Source: the human T2T-CHM13v2.0 reference genome, Homo sapiens
Reading direction: 5' to 3' (one strand)
DNA length: 64,000 nucleotides
NCBI RefSeq assembly: GCF_009914755.1
Contig: NC_060926.1
The notes beneath the pieces were generated by a model, which was not told the DNA's origin, did not search any database, and was given only the letters and a program-made list of their open reading frames with translations. Below are positions 14,070-25,859 of the stretch, piece after piece. How positions within the stretch are numbered: position 1 is the first letter of the stretch; every line of letters begins with the position of its first letter. Both the position numbers and the translations under genes were made by a program.

Positions 14070-14696
14070 AGCCATGGTGAAATGTTGGTTCTTAACCACT
14101 GTGGTCTTGACCAACCTCCACACAACAGTGTCCAAAAAACTTGTGTATATATATGTGTATATATATATGTGTGTGTGTATATATATATACACACACACAC
14201 ACGTAAAGACACACACACACACACAAAAGAACACACAAACTCAACCACAAGCATGCACACCTAGAGTTATTTCTAGGTACATGCTTATCTAAGAGGTTGG
14301 AAAACATCAGTTCACACATATATCTCTGGTTTCAACCCAACACAAAAAGGTTCATTTTCGTTTCCTCCCTTTCTGTATTAGTAACCCTTACTGTTACGTG
14401 AGAAACCTGGCGTCTATCATCCTGAGGCTCTTTGCTTGTTTCGTCAACCTCCCTGTAGTAGCCAGCCACCCACTATGGCCTCATCCTCTGTGCACGCCCT
14501 CCTCAGCCTGCTTGGGCTTTGATACCTGTGAGGTCACAGTGATAGCTAGTTTTATGAGTCACCTTGACTAGGCTAAGGGATACCCAGGTAGCTGGTAAAA
14601 CATTGTTCCTGGGTGTGTCTGGGAGGGAGTTTCTGAAAGAGATCAGCATTTGAATCAGTGGACTGAGTAAAGAAGATCCGTCGTCACCAATGTGGG
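14070..14696 (-). repeat. Inverted duplicate (left arm) of about 16361-16960 (MLT2B end plus L1MC flank)
   Basis: 14398-14696 aligns ungapped to the reverse complement of 16361-16659 (about 32 mismatches in 299 bp, counted by eye); clear similarity to 14236/16825 and weaker beyond. Confidence 0.92.
14142..14235. repeat. Compound (TA)/(TG)/(CA) microsatellite
   Basis: tgtgtatatatatgtgtatat ... acacacacac. Confidence 0.9.
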
Positions 14697-14846
14697 AGGG
14701 AAAAGAAAATGCAGGCAGGTGGCACATTAGTGACCACCCTCCAGAGCCCAGTGCCTATGAATACTCAGCAGCTCCAAGGCTGAGACCCTAACCAACTGTG
14801 AAGATGGATCTGGCATCCCAAGGCTCACCTGACAGGGAGAGGCAGG

Positions 14847-15224
14847 TAATATGGCTTGGCTCTGTGTCCCCACCCAAATCTCCTGTCAAATTGTAGTCCC
14901 CATGTGTTGAAGGAGGGTCCTGGTGGGAAGTGATTGAATCATGGGAGCGGACTTTTCCCTTGCTGTTCTCTTGATAGAGCGCTCATGAGATCTGCTTGTT
15001 GGAAAGTGTGTAGCACCTCCTCCTTCGCTCTCTTCCTCCTACTCTGCCATGGTAAGACATGCTTGCTTGCCCTTCACCTTCTGCTGTGATTATAAGTTTC
15101 CTGAGGCCTCCCAGTCATGCTTCCTGTTAAGCCTGTGGAACTGTGAGTCAACTAAACCTCTTTTGTTTATAAATTTCCCAGTCTCAGGTAGTTCTTTATA
15201 GCAGTGTGAGAATGAACAAATACA
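14847..15224 (+). mobile_element. THE1D/MSTA-type (MaLR) solo LTR
   Basis: taatatggcttggctctgtgtccccacccaaatctc ... gaacaaataca; perfect TSD GCAGG at 14842-14846 and 15225-15229. Confidence 0.92.
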
Positions 15225-15699
15225 GCAGGTCAGGAAGACGACCCCTCACTCTCCCTGGCCCTCCTTCATGTCCCTGAGGATGGATTTCACAACGGGAATG
15301 TATTATTGTCACTTCAGAATTTTACATAAGTAAGTCTGTTCATTGATAAAGTTAAAAAAAAAAGCTGGTCTTTCTAAAGCTATTAATTTCAACTTGAACA
15401 TCTTGTTATCAGTTTTATAAATCTATATATTACATCACTTTCAAGGGAGACTTTGATTAATGTTTAGTCCTATTCTAATTATATTTTCTTAAACATTTTC
15501 AAATGTATTTATAATTTTAATATCATTTATTTTTATAGGATTTCAATTGTGAAAATTTAGTTATTTCAATAATTCTGATAAAAACTAATAATTCTAACAC
15601 TTAATGCAAACTTGGTAAAATTTTCATGTCTTTTTCAATTTTAGAATCACACAATCCCTCTTCTCTTTCCTTCCCTTCCTAAACAATTCAGTACTAAAG

Positions 15700-17812
15700 T
15701 CATTTGGTGGCACAAATGAGGCAGGGGTCTGCCCTGGGACAAGGTGGGACAGGGGCTTCAGGGCAGCGTGTGAAGCCAAGCTGGTGATGAGGGTATCTGT
15801 GTGTGGTGAGGGGGTGCAGGAGGGGTCCTAGTACAGGATGTGAGACCCCTGTGGGAGGGTTAGGACAGTGACTCTGTGCAAAGGTGGTCTGGCATGGGGG
15901 CTCAGGGATGCGGGTGGCAGTGAGAAGGACACCCACATGGGAGCAAGGCAGTGTGGTCTGTAGTGTTGGAGCCAGAAAGAATGCAGAGGGGTCTCTGTGG
16001 AGAGGTAATTGTATTAGTCACATTTCTTCAAAGAAATAGAGGATATATAGAGATAAATAGAAAGAGATTTCTCATGAGGAATTGACCCACATGATTACGG
16101 AGGCTGAGAAGTCCCAAGATCTGCCTCCCACAAGCTGGAGTCTCAGGAAGGCCATTGGTGGAGTTTCAGTCCAATCCCGAAAGCCTGAGAACCAGGGAAG
16201 CCCATGATGTGAGTCAGGGTTTAAGTACAAAGGCCCAGCAACCAGGAGCTCCAATGTCTGAGGGCAAGAGAAGGCAGATGTCCCAGCTCAGAGAGGGGGG
16301 ACTCACCCTTCTGCCACCTTTTTGTTCTATGGGGCCCCTCCAGAGATGTGATGATACCTGCCCACTTTGGTGAAGGTGGACCTTCCTTATTCAGTCCACT
16401 GATTCGAATGCAGATCTCTTCCAGAAACTCCCTCCAAGACACCCCCAGGAACAATGTTTTACCAGCTATCTGGATATCCCTTAGCCTAGCCAAGGTAACT
16501 CATAAAATTAGCCATGACAGTGACCTCACAGGTATCAGAGCCCAAGCAGGCTGAGGAGGGTGTGCACAGAGGCTGAGGCCATGGTGGGTGGTTGGCTCCT
16601 ACAGGGTGTTCGATGAAACAAGCAAATAGCCTCAGGATGATGGACGCCAGGTTTCTCACTTTAACAATAAGGGTTACAAACACAGAAAAGAGAGGAAACT
16701 AAATGAACCCTTTTGTGGTGGGTTGGAACCAAAGATATCAATCAAAGGACCTGGTGTTTTTCAGCCTGTTAGCTATGTGTGTATACAGAAATCACTCTAG
16801 GTGTGCATGTTTGTGGTTGAGTTTGCCTGTGTATATTTGTATATACATGAATACACATAATGGATTTCCTTTCCCTGTCGTCTGGGAAGTTCTGGGATTA
16901 GCACACCACAATTGCAATTCAGATCTTGTTTTCTAAGTACCACATTCCACTGGGGGAAGTGGCTAGTTCCACGCTGGGTACAAAAAAGCATAAGATGGGT
17001 CTGGACCATCTCATGCCAAAATATAAGGACCTGCTCCAAGAATGATGAAGACTTGTCAATGGACCCAGAAGCCAGCTTGAAGGCTTTCCACTAGCAATAT
17101 CTGGAATAATTTAAGCAGCAAAATAAAGATCGTAACAGATGATAATCTACTGAATTAAACAGGAAACCATAATTCCAAACTGATATACATCAATAAATCA
17201 ATAGTTTGAAAACTTGATGAGAGATACAATATATTCTAAAAATATTACTCTATAAAGTATTTATTAATCAAACCATACATCATTAGTAAAGGGGAACTTT
17301 GAAACTTTATAGGATGCAATGAGACAAATGTTTGCCTGTCAAAAATGTGTGACCTGAATCTAACCTTAAGGAAATGGCAGATTAGCCAACATTGGGTGAG
17401 TTTCTACAATGTGGCCTGTAATCTTCAAGCATTAATAACACAAATCAAAGAAAGACTGAGAAACTGGAAAAAATGACTCAGGAAGAAAGAGACTAGCTAT
17501 GCATGGCAACTAAACTTAGCACATGATTCTGAACCAGTTCCTTTGGACACTGTTGAGATGGTTAATAAAATGCAAATAGGGTCTGAGGACTAGCTGTGTG
17601 AGAATGTTGACTTCTTCATTTTGATAGCTGTATTATGATTTTGGAGAAAATTCTCTTGTTTCTAGAAAATTCACACTGAAGTGTCCAGGTATGATGGGAC
17701 ATTAGGTTAGCTACTTACTCTTAAATGACTCAGGAGAAAAAGAAATTGTACTGTACTGGCAAGTTTTCAGTAAGTTTGAGACTCTTTCACAAGAAACATT
17801 ATTTTTAAGAAA
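15700..17812 (+). mobile_element. L1MC-class 3' end (MER42-related), interrupted by MLT2B
   Basis: gagcccaagcaggctgaggaggg repeats, gccaggtttctcact, cagatcttgttttctaagtaccac, gccagcttgaagg; ends cagtaagtttgagactctttcac. Confidence 0.75.
16010..16519 (-). mobile_element. MLT2B-type (ERVL) solo LTR
   Basis: tgtattagtc ... ggaggctgagaagtcccaagatctg ... cagtccactgattc ... cataaaattagccatgaca. Confidence 0.85.
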
Positions 17813-19674
17813 TACAGCTACAAATCTAACATCACTTGAACATTTTCAGTTCCATATGTCAGATCTACTGCAACAAACTAACAAAACTTTTACAAGTTCA
17901 AATATCAACTACACAAAGAATATTCCTATACTTATCACTATAATATTAATACTACTAGAATTTTCTTTACCATCTCTAGACTTAGTTCTGCATCTTTTTG
18001 GATTAAGATGTTTACTCACTAAGAAAACAATTACACCGTGCCACATAAACTGAGGCCACCATCCAAAGCTAAGCGGGGTTCCCTTCTTTGGGGGCTCCTA
18101 TTCTAGCCAGGATGTGGGATTTGAATTTGCACACACCTATAATAGTATATCTCACAAAAGACACATTGACCCCTTCTGACACCGTTATGGTAACAGAGAC
18201 CCCAAATCTACTCCCTACAAATGAGAAAGCCCAAATTATCTAGATTCAAGTCACACATGACCTCATTCTGCACAAATCTGCACGTGTTCATGCACACATT
18301 CACACACACACGTGCGTGAATCCACACTCTTTTCACCGGCCCTTTAGATCCTCTGACCTGTCTACTGCCCCATTCCTCCCTGACACCTTATAGACATTCA
18401 AGGACATTCAAATTCCATTAGAATTGACTCTGCAGCTCTTCTATGTGTATGTCTTTTATGTTTTTTAGATCGTGACTTCTAAAACCAGATTAATAACCCT
18501 CTTCAAAGAAATGGTATGTGACAGAAAGGATATGATACGGACAGAGGTATGAGAAAGGTCAAAATTCCTACAGCATCCAAAAGGATATACAACTTTTGAC
18601 CTATGACCTATATACATTGCAAAAGCTGTCAGTGTAGTCAAGTTTTGAGAAATGCAAGGGCAATTTAATAGCAATCATTTCCCTTTGCCAAAGAACCCAG
18701 AGGCTACAAGGATGGAAATTAAAAGTAATTGTGAGATTACCATTTTTGGAGATAATGATATGTGCATAATAAATGAATAGGCTGCATTTCCATATATTAA
18801 GGCATTTGGACACATTAACTGATTCTGCTAATGACATATTTGGGACAGGCAAGTGAAAATATACCTACCGTTCTTCCAAAACTTGACAAATATATTTACC
18901 TTTTTAAATGAAGACATGCAGTTAATATATCACTCTCACACCCTCTCTGTTCTCTTCAAAACTCTCTGCCAGGAGTGTTTGCTAGTGCACTTTCCAGTTC
19001 AATGGACCTGAATCCATGTGCTGACAGAAGCCAGTGGTCACCTTTCAGCAACAGGGTACCTGTTTACAGGATTAACAATGTGTTTGCTTCCAATTTCAGG
19101 AAAAGGAAGGCTGGCAAGTAATTTGTTTGGCAGGTGGGATTAGTCTGGTTTTACAGTTGTGCCTTTCCTTAATCAAATGAGGAAGTCAAGGCTCCTGAGT
19201 CTCTCTGGCGGCTTCAGGCTGTTATCTGTGGGCACTCAAGGAGAGGGAGGTCTCCAGGCAGGACATGGCACCTGTGCAGGTGTTTCGATGTGTTATTGTT
19301 AGACATATGCACAGTTGGCATTTAAAGCAAACTAAAAAATTCTTAAAGTTTCTTCTGAGCAACACCATTTGTTGTGTTTTTAAAAAGAAAATAAGCCTTG
19401 TCCTCCTTCCTTATCAAGATATTTTAATGCAAGAGATAATCTCTCTGAGATGATTTCCTACTTTAAAAATATGTATCATATTTATTTGTAAAAATAATTT
19501 GAGTTTATTTAAGTATATTTGAATGTTCACACTGCAAGAAAATAACTGTTGCAGGATTGTAACATCTTCTCCCTCAGGCTCCCACATTTCGGGTCTGTAT
19601 TCCCCTCAGTTAGAAAGAGCTGCCATCACTAAGTCAAGGCTTCATTTCATTTTTATATGCTCTTTAAGACTTAA

Positions 19675-19956
19675 GGCCAGGCACGGTGGCTCACGCCTGT
19701 AAACCCAGCACTTTGGGAGGCTGAGGCGGTGGATTACTTGAGGTCTGGAGTTCAAGACCAGCCTGGCCAACATGGCAAAACCCCATCTCTAATAAAATAC
19801 AAGAAAATTTAGCCAGGCATGGTGGTGCACACCTGTAATCCCAGCTACTCAGGAGGCTGAGCTGGGAGAATCACTTGAACCCAGGAGGCAGAGGTTGCAA
19901 TGAGCCGAGATCAGGCCACTGCACTCCAGCCTGAGCCACAGAACGAGACTCCATCT

Positions 19957-19990
<34 letters not shown>
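19675..19990 (+). mobile_element. AluS (Sx/Sz-like) with A33 tail
   Basis: Full dimeric Alu; pure poly(A) 19958-19990; degenerate TSD aagacttaa/aagatttga. Confidence 0.95.
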
Positions 19991-19992
<2 letters not shown>

Positions 19993-20114
19993 TTTGACTA
20001 GATTATTTTTAGGTTGCTATTCTAAAATAACCAACTAATAACAATTCAGGGAGACAATGCACAAGGTTCCGTGGGAAGCATGCTGGCTTCTGTCAGACAG
20101 AACTGAGTCAGAAT

Positions 20115-21740
20115 TCTTTCTTTTTCATTTAATGTTTAATCCAAGAATAAAGATGGTATACATACAGGCATACAATGTGATGATCTGATGTAGGTATATA
20201 TAATGTATTGATTACCATAATCAATGACACATCCATCACCATCCATACTGGCTATTAGATCCCCAGACCTTGTTCATCATGTGACTGAACGTTTGTACCC
20301 TTTGATCAACATCTCTCCATTTCTACCACTACTCAGCCCCTGGAAACCATGATTGCATTCTTCACTTCTGTGTTTGATTATTTTTGATACCTCATGCAAG
20401 TATAATCATACATTATTTGTCCTTTTGTAACTGGCTTATGTTACTTTAGTATAAAGTCCTCAAGGTTTATCTAAGTTGTTGCAGATGGCAGGATTTCCTT
20501 CCTTTTATAAGGCTGCATAATATTCTATTGTATATGTATACCACAATTTCTTTATCCATTCATTCATTCATGAACATGTCAGTTGTTGCCATGTCTAGGT
20601 TATTTTGAATAACGCTGCAATAAACATGGAAGTACAGATATCTCTTCTAGCTACTGATTCTTGTGCTTCCTTTGGATATAGACCCAAAAGTGGGATTGAT
20701 GGGTCATATGGAAATTTAATTTTTGTGGAGTCTTCATACTGTTTTAATTAGTATCTGTACCAATTTGCATTCCCATCAACAGAGTACAAGCAGTTCCTTT
20801 TCTCCATATCCTTGCCAATGCTTATTATCTTCTGTCTTTTCAATAATAGCATCTTAGGAGGTAGGAGATGGTATCTCGCTATGGTTTTGACATGCATTTG
20901 CCTGACGATTAGTGATGTTGATCACCTTTCCATGTATCTGTTGGCTACTTGTACATTTTCTTTGGAGAAATATCTATTCAGGTTTTTGACCACTTTTTCA
21001 TTGGATTGTTTGGGCCTTTGCTATGGAGTTGTATGTGTTCCTTGTATATTTTGGATACTAACCCCATATCGGATCTATAGCTTGCAAATATTTTCTCCCA
21101 TTCCATAGAGTTGTCTTTTAATTTTGTTGATTGTTTCATTTGTCATGCAGCAGTATTTAGTTTTATTTAGTCCCATTTGTTTATTGTTGCTTTTGTTGCT
21201 TGTGTTTTTGGTATCATTTCCAAAAAGTCATTGGCAAAACCAATGTCAAAGAGTCTTTTCCCAAAATGTTTTGTCTAAGAGTTTTATAATTTCAGGTAGT
21301 TTTGGCAACATATTTATTAAAGAGACTATCATTTCCTCATTGTGGATTCTTGGCGCCTTGTCAAAAATTATTGATCGTATGTGTGTGGGTTTATTTCTGG
21401 GCTCTCTATTCTGTTCTATTGGTGTGTCTGCCTGTTTTTTATGCCAGCCATACTGTTTTTATTAGTATGGCTTTGTAGTATACTTTAAAATCAGGCAGTG
21501 TGATGCCTCCATCTTTGCTCTTTCTCAAGGTTATTTTGGCCGTTCAGAATCTTTTGTGGTTTGATACAAATTTTGGATCTTTTTTTGTATTTCTATGAAG
21601 AATGAACTTGGAAATTTGATAGAGATGGCATTGAGTCTATAGAATAATTTGGATAGTGTGGGTGTTTTAACAATATTAATTAATTATTATTGTTAATGTT
21701 GACCTCTTAAAATGATTTTGAAAGTATTCCTTTCTCTTCA
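20115..21740 (-). mobile_element. L1MA-class (L1MA8/9-like) 3' part
   Basis: Antisense L1 3'UTR and ORF2 end (tttgcattcccatcaacag, ggtatctcgctatggttttgacatgcattt, ttctgggctctctattctgttc). Confidence 0.88.
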
Positions 21741-21918
21741 GTTTTTTAGAATTATAATGAATCATGAATGATCAATTGGTTTCTCAGTTGTCTCTACTGG
21801 GGTTCTTTCAAATGAGTCATATTTGTATAATAGCCATATACTATTTTACAGGTAAGAAGGGATCAAGTGTTTTTATTAACTTCACAGAAATACTCCTCAT
21901 GTATCTGGCTCTCACATT

Positions 21919-22482
21919 TGTATTCATTTTCTATGCTACATAATGAATCGCCACAAAATGGTGGATTAAAACAGCACATTTATTATCTTACTTTTTCTGT
22001 GGGTTAAGAGTCTTGGCATAGCTTAGCTATTTCCTCTGCTTAGCATCTCACAAGGCAGCAATCAAGGTGCGGTCTGGGCTACACTTCCATCAGAGGTTGG
22101 ATGGGGGAAGAACTGCTTCTAACTTCCCTCAGATTTCCCTCAGATTGTTGAAAGAATTCATCTCTTTGCATTTGCAGAACTGACATTCCCAATTTCTTGT
22201 TGGCTGTTGGCTAAGGCAGCTCTCAACTCTACAGGTGTCTTATGGTTCCTTGTTGCATTGCCCTCCCATAAACTCTCTTGCAATATGGCAGATTCCTTCC
22301 TCAAGCCTCCAAGGGAGAGAAGTCTTATGTGTGCTATAAAGATGGGGTGTGTGTGTGTATGTTTGTGTGTGTATTTGTGTGTTGTAATATCCCATCACTG
22401 TTACCATATAAAATAGCCTGATCACAGGAAAAGATTAAATGGCAAGACCATAGGGCCACCCTACTAAGATCTGTCTGCCACA
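21919..22482 (-). mobile_element. MLT1E/F-type (MaLR) solo LTR
   Basis: tgtattcattttctatgct ... ctcacaaggcagcaatcaaggtg ... tctgtctgccaca; perfect TSD ACATT at 21914-21918 and 22483-22487. Confidence 0.85.
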
Positions 22483-22989
22483 ACATTTAAACCATTTATC
22501 TGAAACTCTTTTGGTAAGAAGCATCAGAAAATATTTACACAAGATGTAAATTAGAAAAAATATCACTGTTGGAGTATTGTCATGCAGGCCCTCCTGTGCT
22601 TCTTTGGGGAAGATTTGGGCAATAGAAAACCAACAACTCCCCTAGCAAAGGGCTAGACTTTCTGATAGAGAAGTCTAAATACAGACAACAAGTATTTCTT
22701 CTTTCAGTCCCAAGTGTAATGGCCTTTTCCCCTACTGCCAATTCAATGAAACAGTGCTAAAATTAGCCATTTGTTTTTGTTATTGTTATTCTTGTTACAC
22801 TCCTTTGGCACTTAATACAATGTGTCCAACATAAACTTTGTCGTGTGCTTATGTCTTGCCTCCAGAGAGGAAGTGCTCTTTCTCTCCTCTGATCCAGTTG
22901 TGCAAAATCGGTTCCTCTTTCAGAGCTGTTATCATTTCCTGCCTTTTTTAAAGCTCTTTGTACATCTGCCTTGTCATTCCTATTGGTCT

Positions 22990-23118
22990 GAGATTTATTG
23001 GAAGTGAATGAAGAATGTTTTATTCCTCTCTAGCATCCTATAACAGCTAGCACAGAGCCTGGCATGTAGTAGACTCTCAGTTAATGTCACTGATTGGATG
23101 AATAAATAAATGAATGAT
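22990..23118 (+). mobile_element. L2 3' end
   Basis: ctagcacagagcctggcatgtagtagactctcag ... gaataaataaatgaatga. Confidence 0.7.
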
Positions 23119-23894
23119 TAGATTTTACTAAGGAAATTAAAACCTCTCTTGAGGGTATGCCTGAATTTTTGTATCATTTTACATGTTCCACATGTTTAAC
23201 ATATTTAGATCAAAGAAACCAATAAGAATCAACATCAACTCAATGACTGAAAAAGATGTCACATATTCAATTAGTTATTCAGGTCCCTAAGCTAATGTAT
23301 GTAAATACAAAGATTAACTCTAAATCCAAAGTAAGCAGTTAATAAACAGATATTGACACACAGTCTACAGGTACACAATGAATGAAATCCCTCTTCTTTT
23401 CAGAAACACTCTAGATTAAAAAAAAAAAAAACACTGATCCAGAAACACAACACCTGTGTCAACATCAGGGACTCCTCCCACCCGTGCACATCCCTCAGTC
23501 AATTCAAAAGAAGCGGAGCGTCCAGAGGCTAGAACATGTGCCAAACACCTCTGAATGTGCTGGTGCAGCCATCACTATAGAAAGTGCAGAAGTCAAAGAC
23601 ACCTGTACAATGACTGAAATCTCATTTACTGACCTAGGTATTTTAAAAATTCTATTTACCTGACCCTTTAATAAAAACACCTTTTTATTGCTTAAACATA
23701 ATACTAAAATATGAGTAAATAACCTTGGCCTTTAAGAGGTGGGTAAAAAAAGAGTTGGGAGGGACATATGAAGTCTGCCTTTTTTTTTCCTTTTTTTTCT
23801 TCTTTCTCTTCCTCCTTGTCTTCCTCCTTCAATCCAGAACAAAGTAGGCAAGTGAACACCAAGAAATGTAAAGCATACAGGTCTACCCGAGGTA

Positions 23895-24055
23895 CAGAGG
23901 TATGGTTCAATGGAAAAAGCTCTGGACTAAGAACTAGAAGCCCCCGGCTGTAATCCTGATTCAACTCTGGACCCTAAATCACTTCCAATTATCAGCCTTA
24001 GTTTTCTCATCCATAAAAAGAAGCTGTTGGAGTAGGTGATTTCGCAAGTTCTTAG
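23895..24055 (+). mobile_element. MIR-family fragment
   Basis: atggttcaatggaaaaagctctggact ... gccttagttttctcatccataaaa. Confidence 0.7.
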
Positions 24056-24789
24056 AAAGGTGTGATGCATTTGGAAAGAATTCTAAAGAGTCCTTACAAT
24101 CAAAGTAAAGATTTGGAGGGTTGAAATATGTAGTTTCAGAATCAATAATAATAAGTTGTTTTTTACTGTGGAAAACCTCACCACTCTTTTCCAGATGGCT
24201 TTTTCATTAAACACCCTCAATATTATTTTTCACTGTGTTCTTGAGACTGCTTTCTAGTTTCAGTTCACACATATTTATGCCCTCTAAAATGTTCTCTAAG
24301 TTGGGAGTTCATCTGGAAAAAGTCAAAATGAAAGTGAAGCACCCCACCAAGCCCCCCACCAAAATCAAACTCACTGAAACTTACCTTCCTTGCTAAAAAC
24401 TTCAGGTTCCTTTCTCTCCTCATGCCAAATTGTTCACAAAATCTAAACCAAGGAAACAATGAGATTTTAAACTGCATTACATGTTTTGTGAAACTCTCTT
24501 CTCCTCCTTCCCCAAGCTATCCACTTCTTTGTCTCTAAGGTAGAATATATTGAAAATAAAATGCAAGGATGCACTTAAATTCATATAAATTTTAGCACTG
24601 GAAAAATCTTTGGTTTAATCCAACTCTGTTACTTTTTTATTTTATTATTTGTCCCAGATTACCAAGATATTTTATAATAGATGTGAATTACCTGAAAATT
24701 CTCTGACAAGCATGGATAATAAAAACAAAATGAAAGAAGGCGGAATGTTTATTCATACCCATACCTAATATGTTGCAATCATTTCTATG

Positions 24790-25010
24790 ACATATATGCC
24801 CTCATTTCTTTCACATAGCTTATTTCATTTACCCTTTAGCACAGGTGTGCAAGGTGGCCATTATTACCTTCATTTTAAAGATGAAACAGAAGGTCAGGAG
24901 AGCTATGTGACTTTCCTGAGTTCAACAAATAAGCTAAATGAGGAACCATGTCAGTGCTGAGATTTGAATCCACATCTGATCCCAAAGTTTGTGGACTTGC
25001 TCTTTTACCA
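24790..25010 (-). mobile_element. MIR fragment
   Basis: cattttaaagatgaaacagaagg ... gtgactttcctgag ... gagatttgaatccaca. Confidence 0.7.
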
Positions 25011-25439
25011 AAGAGATATTCAGTAAGTTTAAAACATTTAGTAACTACATTGTTAAATTCTAAAGGAAACTCATTTTTTTTTCTGTATATTCACTTCCCA
25101 GAGCTTTTTAGGATATTAACCAGTCTCTAACACACAGTAGGCTTTGGTCCAACTAGTGTAAAACATGGCGCATAAATTCACCAGAGATAAAGAAAATATT
25201 AATACACGAGTAGCTAACCATTGGTGGCAAGTGACAGGAGAGGGAAGGTTTACAGATTTAGGTAAAGTGTTTTATTTATCCGAAGTTTTCTCTTGGGTAT
25301 TTTCAGACTACCATAACTCCTTCTGAACATGAGAGACTGGACACATCTCTCTGTTCTTTGTGGTTACTCCAACCACAGACACGTCCAGAGAAAAAGTCTG
25401 CACGCCTTGTGCAACTTGTCAGAAGATGTCACCAATACA

Positions 25440-25859
25440 CAGTGGTATGCCGCTAATGTCTAACAACCAGGTCTTTGGAGAAAAACAGGTCCTGATTTGT
25501 GGTATTTGCCAATTTCCATGGTGTAAATACAACGACCATGACGGATTCAAAACCATAAATATGTCATCGCAGACTGCAAGTAGGGAAGAAATGAACAGTA
25601 GCCCATGCTGTATAGTATTTCCACCGTACAGAAATAACAGGAGTAACCGCTAGATTGTGGGATATGGAAACATGTGGTCAAATGATTAGCAAGTGATGAA
25701 TTTTGAATATTATCTTTTTATATAACCTTTTCCTTGTTGGTTAATATTAACTTGTTAAATTTTACCAATGCCTGTGTATAACAACTGGGTCACAAAGTTT
25801 CTGAAAACTTAACAGTCCACTCTTGTGAGCTGGTGCAAGCCAGTCCCAGCCCTCGACTG
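25440..25859 (-). mobile_element. MER63-type (hAT-Blackjack) DNA transposon fossil
   Basis: cagtggtatgc ... tttgccaatttccatggtgtaaatac ... tcttgtgagctggtgcaagccagtcccagc ... actg; degenerate CAGT/ACTG termini. Confidence 0.75.

Larger units (their letters stand above)
13750..14740 (-). mobile_element. L2 fragment interrupted at about 14060-14696 by an inverted duplication
   Basis: L2-like tattctaggcactgag ... ccacagaacaagaggtgg stops near 14060 and resumes as agggaaaagaaaatgcaggcagg at 14697. Confidence 0.55.

Noticed and set aside
14503-16554. Two similar ORFs (…DTPRNNVLPA…AQAG) as a paralogous gene pair
   Set aside because: Both are antisense translations of MLT2B LTR sequence within the inverted duplication
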